From contig JBLIRN010000040.1 of the NCBI GenBank assembly GCA_049472315.1, positions 1 to 25,930 of the forward strand: a stretch of 25,930 bases of DNA. The letters are read 5' to 3'. Numbering within the stretch: the stretch's first letter is position 1; each line of letters opens with the position of its first letter. Shown in pieces: positions 8,619 through 17,177 of this stretch. Under the pieces are notes generated by a model, which searched no databases, was not told the origin of the DNA, and saw only the letters and a program-made list of their open reading frames with translations. A program made the position numbers and the translations under genes. Source of the DNA: a bacterium (GTDB taxonomy: Bacteria > SZUA-182 > DTGQ01 > JAFGSM01).

Positions 8619-9236
8619 ATGGACCGTGGATTGCTGATAGACTTTGAAGGCATCGATGGTGCGGGGAAAAGCACCCAGGCCGAGATGACCCTTGGGTACC
8701 TTGCATCGCGCGGAATTCCGGTGAGACTTCTCCGGGAGCCGACCAAGGGGCAGCACGGGAGTATGATTCGCGAAATCCTCTCCGGCATGGCTCCCAGGGG
8801 AACACCGGAAGACGAACTCGAACTCTTCATCCGGGACCGGATGGAGGATGTCAGGGAGAACATTGAGCCTGCCCTCTCGAGCGGAGACATCATACTGATA
8901 GACCGTTATTACTATTCAACCATGGCGTACCAGGGCGCCCTTGGCCTTGATGTGGAGATGATCAGGAAACGGAACGAATCCTTCGCCCCCCGGCCGGCCC
9001 TCGTTCTTATCTTTCTCATCCCCGTCGAAGAGGGGCTTGCACGGATCAGGGCGAAGAGGCAGAAGGGCACGGACGGCTACGAAAAGGAATCCTTTCTCCG
9101 CAAGGTGGATGAGATCTTTCGGTCATTCAAAGGGCCCAACATTCGATTCATTGACAGTCAGAGACCTTTGGATGAGGTGCAGGAAGAGGTGCGCGTTCTC
9201 GTGGATTCCCTGATACGGGAAAAGGGGTATTGCTGA
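8619..9236 (+). CDS. tmk: Thymidylate kinase
   Basis: FEGIDGAGKSTQ P-loop, REPT, DRYYYSTMAYQG; AGGAGG RBS. Confidence 0.96.
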   Translation: MDRGLLIDFEGIDGAGKSTQAEMTLGYLASRGIPVRLLREPTKGQHGSMIREILSGMAPRGTPEDELELFIRDRMEDVRENIEPALSSGDIILIDRYYYSTMAYQGALGLDVEMIRKRNESFAPRPALVLIFLIPVEEGLARIRAKRQKGTDGYEKESFLRKVDEIFRSFKGPNIRFIDSQRPLDEVQEEVRVLVDSLIREKGYC

Positions 9237-9257
9237 TCCGATTGTCTCTATGTCCTT

Positions 9258-9288
9258 TTGACCTCAATGGATTCCAATCTTATATAAT
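9258..9288 (+). promoter_or_regulatory. Candidate clpB promoter
   Basis: TTGACC (9258-9263) followed by TATATAAT (9281-9288; 17-19 nt spacing). Sigma factor cannot be assigned. Confidence 0.4.
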
Positions 9289-9357
9289 ACTACATATGCA
9301 TATAGCGGAGGTCCGGTATGAAGGAATCAGATCCGGAGATAAGGAGAAACCTATACC

Positions 9358-11964
9358 ATGAGATTTGATCGATTCACCATCAAGGCGCAGGAGGTCATTC
9401 AGGAGGCACAGGCCATAGCGGACGGAATGAACCACCAGGCCATGGAGCCGGAGCACCTGCTGCGTGCCATGGCCGAGCAGAGTGAAGGGGTGACCCTGCC
9501 CATCCTCCAAAAACTCGGCATAGACCAGCGAATTCTCCTGGAGCGGCTGAATCGGGAGCTCGATCGTATTCCCAAGGTCCATGGGGCAACCGAACAGACC
9601 TACATCTCCCCGAGGCTGAAGAAGGTGCTGGATCAGGCCTTCTCCGAGGCCCAGGGTCTTAGGGATGAGTATGTCAGTGCGGAACATCTGCTCATTGCCA
9701 TCTCCGAGGAAAAGGGGGGCGCCGCCGCCCGTATCCTGCAGGAAATGGGTGCGGACAGGGACAGGATCATGTCCGCCTTGGTGGGCATCCGGGGGCAGCA
9801 GCGCATCACCGACCAGAACCCGGAGGACAAATACCAGGCCATTGCCCGCTACTCAAGGGATCTTACGGATCTTGCCCGCAGGGGGAAGCTGGACCCGGTT
9901 ATTGGAAGGGATGACGAGATCCGGCGCATCATGCAGGTCCTTTCGCGGCGCACCAAGAACAACCCCGTGCTCATCGGCGACCCGGGGGTGGGAAAGACCG
10001 CGATCGTGGAGGGGCTTGCCCAGCGAATCATAGCCGGCGACGTTCCGGAGACGCTCAAGGATAAACGCATCGTGGCCATGGACATGGGCGCCATGATCGC
10101 AGGCGCCAAGTTCAGGGGTGAGTTCGAGGACCGGCTCAAGGCGTTTCTCAAAGAGGTGGAGGCCTCCGAGGGGCAGATCGTCCTGTTCATCGACGAGATA
10201 CACACCCTGGTAGGGGCAGGGCGTGCGGAGGGGGCGATCGATGCATCGAATATGCTCAAACCCGCACTTGCCCGGGGCGATCTCCGCTGTGTGGGTGCCA
10301 CCACCCTGGATGAATACCGGAAATATATCGAGAAGGATGCCGCCCTGGAGCGACGCTTCCAGCCGGTGTATGTGGGGGAGCCTTCGGTTGAGGACACCAT
10401 CGCCATTCTCAGGGGGCTCAAGGAGCGCTATGAGGTCCACCACGGGGTGAGGATCACGGATGCAGCCATCGTGGCCGCTGCCACCCTCTCTCATCGGTAT
10501 ATCACGGACCGTTTTTTGCCCGATAAGGCGGTTGACCTCATCGATGAGTCCGCATCGCGGTTGAGGATAGAGATCGACAGCATGCCCAACGAGATCGACA
10601 TCATCAAGCGGCGCTGTATCCAGCTCGAGATCGAGCGGCAGGCCCTGAAAAAGGAGAAGGACCCCGCATCCAAGGAACGCCTTGCAAAGCTGGAAAAGGA
10701 GCTTGCGGATCTGAAGGAAGAACAGGATGCCATGCAGGCGCATTGGCATGCGGAGAAGGAGATCATCACCAAGATCCGCTCCATCAAGGAAAGGATCGAG
10801 CAGATCAAGATCGATGCCGAACGGGCCGAAAGGGCAGGGGACCTGGGTAAGGCCGCGGAGCTTCGCTATGGCACCCTGGCCACCCTGAACAAGGAACTGG
10901 AAGGGGCGAATGCGAAGCTCGGCGAGATCCAGAAGGACACACGTATGCTTAAGGAGGAGGTGGACGAGGAGGACATCGCCGAGGTGGTATCCAAGTGGAC
11001 CGGCATACCGGTGACCCGCCTCATGGAGGGCGAAAGGGAGAAGCTCATCAAGATGGAAGACCGCCTCAGGGAAAGGGTGGTCGGCCAGGACGAGGCCATA
11101 CATATGGTGGCCAATTCCATACGGCGGGCGAGGGCAGGGCTCCAGGACCCCAACAGGCCGCTCGGTTCCTTCATTTTCATGGGACCCACCGGGGTGGGCA
11201 AGACGGAGCTCGCCCGGGCCCTGGCCGCATTCCTGTTCGATGACGACCAGGCAATGGTCAGAATCGACATGTCGGAATACATGGAGAAACACACCGTCTC
11301 CCGCCTGATCGGCGCACCCCCCGGATACGTGGGCTTCGAGGAAGGGGGACAGCTCACCGAGGTGGTCCGCCGCAGACCGTATTGTGTCATCCTCTTTGAT
11401 GAGATCGAAAAGGCGCATCCTGACGTGTTCAACGTCATGCTCCAGATCCTGGATGACGGACGCCTCACCGACGGGCAGGGAAGGACGGTGGACTTCAGAA
11501 ACAGTCTCATCATCATGACCTCCAACATCGGGAGCCAGTGGATCCAGGAGTTGGGTGAGAAGGAATACGATGAGATGAAGCGCAGGGTGCTCGATGCGCT
11601 GAGGGCGCACTTCAAGCCCGAGTTCCTGAACAGGATCGACGAGACCATCATATTCCACAGTCTCGGCAGGGAGCAGATCGAGCAGATTGTGGAAATACAG
11701 ATGAGAAGGCTCACCAAGATTCTTGCTGACAGGAAGATCCAGCTCGCCCTCTCCCAGGAGGTGAAGGATTTCCTTGCAGCAAAGGGATATAACCCGACCT
11801 ATGGTGCGCGTCCCCTGAAGAGGGCCATCCAGCATTATGTACAGGACCCTCTGGCCATGGCCATCCTGGAGGGGAGATTCGCGGAAGGGGATCACCTGGA
11901 GGCAGTCCTTTCCCCGGACCGAGAATCGGTAGTTTTTCAACAAGAAGATAGGGCAGGGACGTAA
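9358..11964 (+). CDS. clpB: ATP-dependent disaggregase ClpB
   Basis: 868 aa; Clp N domain, NBD1 GDPGVGKT, long coiled-coil M domain ([11 protein letters not shown]), NBD2 [15 protein letters not shown]. Confidence 0.98.
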   Translation: MRFDRFTIKAQEVIQEAQAIADGMNHQAMEPEHLLRAMAEQSEGVTLPILQKLGIDQRILLERLNRELDRIPKVHGATEQTYISPRLKKVLDQAFSEAQGLRDEYVSAEHLLIAISEEKGGAAARILQEMGADRDRIMSALVGIRGQQRITDQNPEDKYQAIARYSRDLTDLARRGKLDPVIGRDDEIRRIMQVLSRRTKNNPVLIGDPGVGKTAIVEGLAQRIIAGDVPETLKDKRIVAMDMGAMIAGAKFRGEFEDRLKAFLKEVEASEGQIVLFIDEIHTLVGAGRAEGAIDASNMLKPALARGDLRCVGATTLDEYRKYIEKDAALERRFQPVYVGEPSVEDTIAILRGLKERYEVHHGVRITDAAIVAAATLSHRYITDRFLPDKAVDLIDESASRLRIEIDSMPNEIDIIKRRCIQLEIERQALKKEKDPASKERLAKLEKELADLKEEQDAMQAHWHAEKEIITKIRSIKERIEQIKIDAERAERAGDLGKAAELRYGTLATLNKELEGANAKLGEIQKDTRMLKEEVDEEDIAEVVSKWTGIPVTRLMEGEREKLIKMEDRLRERVVGQDEAIHMVANSIRRARAGLQDPNRPLGSFIFMGPTGVGKTELARALAAFLFDDDQAMVRIDMSEYMEKHTVSRLIGAPPGYVGFEEGGQLTEVVRRRPYCVILFDEIEKAHPDVFNVMLQILDDGRLTDGQGRTVDFRNSLIIMTSNIGSQWIQELGEKEYDEMKRRVLDALRAHFKPEFLNRIDETIIFHSLGREQIEQIVEIQMRRLTKILADRKIQLALSQEVKDFLAAKGYNPTYGARPLKRAIQHYVQDPLAMAILEGRFAEGDHLEAVLSPDRESVVFQQEDRAGT

Positions 11965-11980
11965 GGGGAGGGAAGGGGAA

Positions 11981-12253
11981 TCAGATCCCCATATTGCTCA
12001 GGGTCTCAATCACCTTTTTCATGGTCAATGCAAGGGTCGGATGGGACCCCTCGAAATAATCGATCCCCTGTGTCAATCTTTCAGCAAAAGATGTGCGTTG
12101 GCGTGATTCCTCTCCCCCCGTTTTGTCAAGCAGTTTTTGTATGTCATCCCCCAGAACGCGGAGGAGTTCCCGCCCTTCCTCATCCACGGATTCAATCGAT
12201 TCAAGTTCATTGTGCAGTGCTTCCAGTGATTCCCTGAGTGTGTCAGATCCCAT
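11981..12253 (-). CDS. DUF4404-like small helical protein
   Basis: LRESLEALHNEL...FEGSHPTLALTMKKVIETLSNMGI C-terminus recalled as typical of DUF4404; GGAGG RBS. Confidence 0.8.
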   Translation of the reverse strand: MGSDTLRESLEALHNELESIESVDEEGRELLRVLGDDIQKLLDKTGGEESRQRTSFAERLTQGIDYFEGSHPTLALTMKKVIETLSNMGI

Positions 12254-12279
12254 CGCCTGTGTTTCCTCCGGTACTATTC

Positions 12280-12505
12280 AGCATTCGACCTTCGTTTTCT
12301 TTGCCCTTGTCCTCATCCTTCGACATTCTTGAGCATTCGACATTCGCTTTTTTTGTCCTTGTCTTAATCCTTCGACATTCGAAATTCGACATTCTTGAGC
12401 ATTCGACATTCGCTTTTCTCTGTCCTTGTCCCAATCCTTCGACATTCGACATTCGACATTCGAAATTGGACATTCTTCATTCTTCATTTGACATTCTTCA
12501 TTCCC
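12280..12505. repeat. Nested intergenic tandem array: three long units (52-bp core) built from CATTCGA-type heptamers
   Basis: Units at 12280-12331, 12332-12397 and 12398-12505, each starting AGCATTCGAC; ten in-register heptamers at 12436-12505. Confidence 0.92.
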
Positions 12506-12591
12506 AATCATCACGGCTCCTGCACGAGGGATGGATGCCTTGTTGAATGCCAGTCCTTGCTTGAATACCTGACCATGATATGGAGGAACCC

Positions 12592-13335
12592 TTACTCGTG
12601 CGCACATATGTCAGAGGTTCCGGTGTTGAGCAGCTCTTTACCGAAAAAGGGGCATTCATTCCCTTTGCATTCCCCGTTGGATGAGGAGAATTCACACACA
12701 GGGTCAGCCGAGATGTTCATCTTCGTGCCGAATATCTCTTCCAGGAAATTCGTTGCCTCCTTTATGGAGAGAAAGGTATTTCTCTTGCAGCATCGTGGGC
12801 CGCCATAGATCCCTATGTAGTATGAGGACTTCGAGGTCATCAGATTACTCAACTTGCATTCGCATTTGGACAATGTTGTTGCATTGGTGATAAGGCTGAT
12901 AAAGATGCCGGTCCCTACTGCAGCACCGCAATTTCCATGGGAACTGCAGGGCTCCCCGGAAAGCTTTTCCACCCTTTTTCTGGCCAGTTGTATGCTGCTT
13001 TCCTTATCCTCATATGACCTTTTCGCATTGTAAAAGGCGGCAAGCAGCACCGCCGGTACCAGGAAATGATGCTCCGGTCCGTGTATCTTGAATTTAGGAT
13101 TTCTCATCAGGATTGTCGCCAATTCAAAGGGATCTTCCAGTTTACTCTTGATGCAGTAGGTTTCGATGAGATCGTTTGCCGAAAGCCCCTGACATTTTTC
13201 GCAGACGAAGTGTCCGCTCGTGCACTTCACATTGTTGTCAAAGATCTCGTTGCAGTAGTAACAGACCAATCCCTCGGAATTGCTCAAGTAGATGAGCTTA
13301 TTGCTACAGATAAGACACCCCGTTCTACTGTACAT
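12592..13335 (-). CDS. Cys-rich DUF5714-like protein
   Basis: N-terminal CxxC clusters (CLIC, CYYC, CTSGHFVCEKC), HGPEHHFLVPAVLLAA, CGAAVGTG, GGPRCCKR, terminal CEFS...CKGNECPF; GAGGTG RBS. Confidence 0.8.
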   Translation of the reverse strand: MYSRTGCLICSNKLIYLSNSEGLVCYYCNEIFDNNVKCTSGHFVCEKCQGLSANDLIETYCIKSKLEDPFELATILMRNPKFKIHGPEHHFLVPAVLLAAFYNAKRSYEDKESSIQLARKRVEKLSGEPCSSHGNCGAAVGTGIFISLITNATTLSKCECKLSNLMTSKSSYYIGIYGGPRCCKRNTFLSIKEATNFLEEIFGTKMNISADPVCEFSSSNGECKGNECPFFGKELLNTGTSDICAHE

Positions 13336-13551
13336 GCATCACCTCGCTAACCCCTGTAAAATTTTGGGAAAAATTGTATATAAACTTAGAAGATGCTGTC
13401 TGGTTGAAGATACATGGAGAAACAAATGGTGCAATCGATTCGTGTTGTCATCAGCGATCCCTGCCCGATCCGGCCTTCAACATTCAAGGAAGCCGCGTCA
13501 GATCCGTGTATTCAGGGATAATCCGCAACCGGAACATGTATAAACCGGTAA

Positions 13552-14628
13552 TCAGAGATATTCCTCCATACCTTTTTGTTCAAGGAGGCTTACAAGATTT
13601 TTTATGTCTTGGGCCCGATCCTTGTGGCACACGAGAAGCGCATCGTCGGTGTCGACAATGATCAGGTCCTTGATGCCGATAGTGGCCAAAAGCTTTTTAT
13701 GGGAATATGCAATGATGTTCTGGGAATCGATGCCAAGGTGATGCCCTACGATAATATTGCCATTTTCCCCCTTTTCCAGGATTTGTTCAAGTGCGGTCCA
13801 GGAGCCCACATCATTCCAGCCGATATCCGCCCGTATCACCAGCACCCGGTCGGATTTTTCCATGATTCCGTAGTCCACGGAAATGGATTCCACGGTCTCA
13901 TATACCCGGCGAAGAGTTTCGTCATACCCTTCTCCTTCGAGGGAATCCTTGATCAGGCAGAACTGGGAGTGCATGGCGGGCAGGAATTTTTCGAGGGCGT
14001 TCCAGAATGCCTGGGTTCTCCAGATGAACATGCCGCTGTTCCAGAGATACCCGCCGTCCTTGAGATATGCCTGTGCGGTTTTCCGGTCGGGTTTCTCCAC
14101 GTATCGCTTCACCCGGTAACAGAGGTGCTCATTGTCAATGCATTCACCCATTTGTATATACCCGTATCCGGTTTCCGGAAAGGCAGGGGTTATCCCCAGG
14201 GTAATGAGATGATCACTGTTTCGGGCCAGTTCCACCCCCTTGTTAAGGAGGTTGAGAAACGATGACTTTTTTTGGATCAGATGGTCGGCAGTGAGAACCA
14301 CCATAACGGAATCAGGGTCCTGAACCAGCAAATGTGCGGCAGCCAGGGAGAGGGCAGGGGCGGTGTTGCGTCCGCACGGTTCGGCGAGGATATTGCCCGG
14401 TTTGAGCTGAGGAAGATGGTCGCTGATCAGGGGGGCCAGGTCACGGCTGGTAATGATGAAGAGGTTGTCCAGGGGAATGTATGGCTCGATGCGTGCAAGG
14501 GTCAGACGGATCATCGATTCCGATCCGATGATATCGAGGAGCTGTTTCGGATTTCGCTTGCGGCTTCGCGGCCAGAACCGAGTACCGTGACCTCCGGCGA
14601 GAATGGCAGCGTAGACGGATGTATACAT
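13552..14628 (-). CDS. manC: Mannose-1-phosphate guanylyltransferase (monofunctional)
   Basis: ILAGGHGTRFWPRSR...PKQ, EPCGRNTAPA, ETGYGYI, YVEKP, WNSGMF, SVDYGIMEK, WNDVGSW; no cupin PMI tail. Start trimmed to ATG 14628. Confidence 0.92.
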   Translation of the reverse strand: MYTSVYAAILAGGHGTRFWPRSRKRNPKQLLDIIGSESMIRLTLARIEPYIPLDNLFIITSRDLAPLISDHLPQLKPGNILAEPCGRNTAPALSLAAAHLLVQDPDSVMVVLTADHLIQKKSSFLNLLNKGVELARNSDHLITLGITPAFPETGYGYIQMGECIDNEHLCYRVKRYVEKPDRKTAQAYLKDGGYLWNSGMFIWRTQAFWNALEKFLPAMHSQFCLIKDSLEGEGYDETLRRVYETVESISVDYGIMEKSDRVLVIRADIGWNDVGSWTALEQILEKGENGNIIVGHHLGIDSQNIIAYSHKKLLATIGIKDLIIVDTDDALLVCHKDRAQDIKNLVSLLEQKGMEEYL

Positions 14629-14834
14629 GCTGTTTACCAAGTGATAAAATAAAAAGTTAAAAAATATATTTAAATGAAAAACTGGCCTTTCTGATTGGTT
14701 CTTCGAATAGTGCCGTAAAAAAATGAGAAAAAGCATTGAAAGGATGCTATTTACTATAATACAAAAAAAATATAAAAAATAAAAGTCGTACGTGATACTA
14801 TAACAGAAGTAAAGAAATTATTTCATTATCATTA

Positions 14835-15383
14835 TCATAGTCCCAGATTATTCGCAATTCCCTGCATTGCCTCCAATCCTATGGCAATGAATTCCTCCAG
14901 GCTGAGCCCGATCTGCGTGCAGGATTCGATCATGTCACGATTCGCGCCTGCTGCGAATCGCTTTTCCTTGAAGCGGTTCAGGGCGAATTGGACGTCGATC
15001 TCTCCTATCTTCTTGGAGGGGGTGATCAGTGCGCATGCCACCAGGAATCCGGTGAGGGGATCCGTGCAATAGAGCGCCCAAGCCATAAGGGAGGCGGGCT
15101 GTTCCTGCCCTGAATGCGCCCTGACCGCATGGAGTATATCCTCGTTCACCATTCCTTCCCGGGCGAGCAGCTCTGCCCCCAGTTTCCCATGCTGTGGGAA
15201 ATTGTTCTTGGTCAGGTCATAATCGATATCATGAACGAGCCCGGCAAGGCCCCACACTGCCTGATCCTCACCGAAATGCCTGGAAAGGGCCTGCATAACG
15301 GCCTCTGTGGCCAGGAGATGTTTCACCAGGTTTTTTGTCTTCACCGTCTCGGTAATCAGGGCCAATGCCCTTTGCCGTTCCAT
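14835..15383 (-). CDS. HD-superfamily (HDIG-type) phosphohydrolase
   Basis: KHLLATEAVM...GLVHDIDY...HG...AHS...D; KEKRFAAGANR motif. Confidence 0.88.
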   Translation of the reverse strand: MERQRALALITETVKTKNLVKHLLATEAVMQALSRHFGEDQAVWGLAGLVHDIDYDLTKNNFPQHGKLGAELLAREGMVNEDILHAVRAHSGQEQPASLMAWALYCTDPLTGFLVACALITPSKKIGEIDVQFALNRFKEKRFAAGANRDMIESCTQIGLSLEEFIAIGLEAMQGIANNLGL

Positions 15384-15398
15384 GCCGTTCTCCTTTAA

Positions 15399-16568
15399 CT
15401 AAAATGCCTTCCGGAGTATGTTCTCAATCTCCCGGGCGGTAAGGGTAACGGGATTCCCCTGCATGCTGCTCGACTGCTGCGCCTTCTCGATAAGTAGAGT
15501 GAAGTCATCCCGTTTCAGGCCGAAGGAGGAAAGGGAAGGCACCCTGAAGGTCTCGCACAGATCCTGGGCCCAGGCGACACCCTCCATTGCCGAGGCCTTT
15601 ACATTTCCGGTGAAAATCCGGGCAATCTCTTCATATCGTGTGAGCGCCGTCGATTCGGGGAGCCTTTCATTGAGCGCCGCAATATTCGCCTCCATAACCG
15701 GGGCGAGCAGACGCGCGCATATACTGCCGTGGGATGATGGCACCATGCCCCCCAAGGGGCCCGCAATCCCATGAACTGCGCCGAGCTTGGCATTGGAAAG
15801 CGCCAGCCCCCCAAGGAGGGCGGCCAGGGACATATCCTCACGGGCCTGAGCATCATTGCCATGTTCATAGGCACGCTTCACGGATCGGGCAGCCCGCGGG
15901 ATGCCCTCCCTGCAAAGTGCGTCGGTCAGCGGGTTCGCCCTGATTGAAACATACGGTTCAATGAGCTGGGTCAGCGCATCCAGCCCGGTGCTTGCAGTGA
16001 GTGAGGGGGGGAGGGTAAAGGTGAGGGCAGGATCGACAAGCACTACCTTCGCATGCATCAAGGGGCTGCGAAGGCTTACCTTTACCCGATGGTCGGGGGA
16101 GGAAATGACCGCGTTGCTTGTCACCTCCGCACCGCTTCCCGCCGTGGTCGGTATGGCGATCCAGGGGGTGGACGGGCGTGAAAGCGGAAGTCCCCTCCCG
16201 ATTATTTCCAGGTAATCCAGGGGATCGCCGCCGTTGCTCAGGATGGCTGCAATGGCCTTTGCCGTATCGATGGCACTCCCGCCCCCGAACCCGATGATCA
16301 GGTCGCACTTTTCCTGGTGTGCGTGGTCAACCCCCTGCCGGATATCATCCAGTGCGGGCTCCGCGTGAGTGGAAAAGCTGAAACAGGCGAGCCCTTCCAT
16401 ACTCAAGGCATTCAAAAGGAGTGTGGCACGTGACGGGGTGCTGCCGGTAACCACGAACACCCGCCTTCCCATTCCCTTGGCGACGGGCGCGATGTCGGAG
16501 AGGGTTCCGGTACCGAATATGATGTGATGGGCGGTGGCAAAGGAAAAGCGCACGGTCGTCAATCCCAT
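15399..16568 (-). CDS. Iron-containing alcohol dehydrogenase family protein
   Basis: [38 protein letters not shown]. Start may be GTG 16553; overlaps or abuts the upstream ABM gene. Confidence 0.92.
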   Translation of the reverse strand: MGLTTVRFSFATAHHIIFGTGTLSDIAPVAKGMGRRVFVVTGSTPSRATLLLNALSMEGLACFSFSTHAEPALDDIRQGVDHAHQEKCDLIIGFGGGSAIDTAKAIAAILSNGGDPLDYLEIIGRGLPLSRPSTPWIAIPTTAGSGAEVTSNAVISSPDHRVKVSLRSPLMHAKVVLVDPALTFTLPPSLTASTGLDALTQLIEPYVSIRANPLTDALCREGIPRAARSVKRAYEHGNDAQAREDMSLAALLGGLALSNAKLGAVHGIAGPLGGMVPSSHGSICARLLAPVMEANIAALNERLPESTALTRYEEIARIFTGNVKASAMEGVAWAQDLCETFRVPSLSSFGLKRDDFTLLIEKAQQSSSMQGNPVTLTAREIENILRKAF

Positions 16569-16867
16569 CCTTCATCATCAGGGAATATACTGGTATATTT
16601 GAGGCTGCTGCGTGGTTCCGCCATCATCACCTCCACAGTATCATGCCATTTTTTGTAGTGGTGGGTTTCCTTATGACGTGCCGTGTCCTCTATGCTGCGA
16701 TACACCTCAACCAGAACAAACCGGGTGCGATCATCCTGTTGCTGAATCACGTCAAAGCGTGCTATGCCTGGTTCCTGAACGCTGTTTCTGGCGTTTTCTG
16801 TGGTTGCCTTGAGGAAGTCCTCCACGAATTCCGGTTTTACATGTGCAGACACAAGCACGATGAACAT
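16559..16867 (-). CDS. ABM / putative quinol monooxygenase (LsrG/YgiN-like)
   Basis: [16 protein letters not shown]...FVLVEVY...[19 protein letters not shown] before ATG 16867. Confidence 0.88.
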   Translation of the reverse strand: MFIVLVSAHVKPEFVEDFLKATTENARNSVQEPGIARFDVIQQQDDRTRFVLVEVYRSIEDTARHKETHHYKKWHDTVEVMMAEPRSSLKYTSIFPDDEGWD

Positions 16868-16923
16868 GGTTCCCTCCTTCTGTGTGGACAAAAAAACAGG
16901 GTTTTTGCTCGAGCACCTTGAGA

Positions 16924-16952
16924 AGTATCCTATGTTATGGCCGAAGAGTCAA
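16924..16952 (-). promoter_or_regulatory. Candidate sigma70 promoter of the ABM-ADH-HD operon
   Basis: Minus strand TTGACT, 17-nt spacer, GATACT. Confidence 0.5.
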
Positions 16953-16963
16953 GAAGTCATCAT

Positions 16964-16992
16964 TTGAGTATTTCCCTGTTTCGGGATATGAT
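16964..16992 (+). promoter_or_regulatory. Candidate sigma70 promoter of the 935-aa gene (back-to-back with the previous promoter)
   Basis: TTGAGT (16964-16969), 17-nt spacer, TATGAT (16987-16992). Confidence 0.55.
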
Positions 16993-16996
16993 GAGT

Positions 16997-17126
16997 GTCC
17001 GGAGAACCGAGACAGGGCCTGCCGCAAAGGCGGTTAACGGGCCTTTAGGGTGATGGTGTCCCTGAAGGTATGAGGAAGCGGTAATTCCGATTTTGATAGT
17101 GCATCATCGCGGACAGAGATGTCTGC
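16997..17126 (+). ncRNA. Candidate structured 5' leader (possible riboswitch-like element)
   Basis: Several hairpins found by eye: AGGGCCTG/CGGGCCTT, CCTTTAGGG/CCCTGAAGG and GCGGACA-GAGA-TGTCTGC; partial resemblance to c-di-GMP-I (GEMM) blocks. Confidence 0.3.
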
Positions 17127-17177
17127 CAAGCCTTTTGCATAAAGATTCAAAACTGGAATTCCTGACAAGATAGGGTC

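Noticed and set aside
9237..9357. CIRCE or HAIR heat-shock operator before clpB
   Set aside because: Neither TTAGCACTC-N9-GAGTGCTAA nor CTTGAGT-N7-ACTCAAG is present.
9853..11943. 696-aa antisense ORF
   Set aside because: Shadow of clpB codon bias in GC-rich DNA. The same applies to other long antisense ORFs (e.g. 18168-19454, 20706-21590).
12280..12505. CRISPR array
   Set aside because: The inter-repeat segments are near-identical rather than unique spacers, units vary in multiples of 7 bp, and no cas genes are in the window.
12238..12607. ORFs across the repeat (MSNFECRMSNVE..., ...HSTFDIRHS...)
   Set aside because: Translation artefacts of a stop-poor heptamer array; no evidence of coding.
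14629..14736. 36-aa N-terminal extension of ManC
   Set aside because: Falls in an AT-rich intergenic tract; family similarity starts at Met 14628.
17046..17065. Fluoride riboswitch (GGTGATGGTGTCCC)
   Set aside because: The stem does not close as in crcB-motif RNAs, and the downstream pseudoknot partner (ATGAC-CCT type) is absent.
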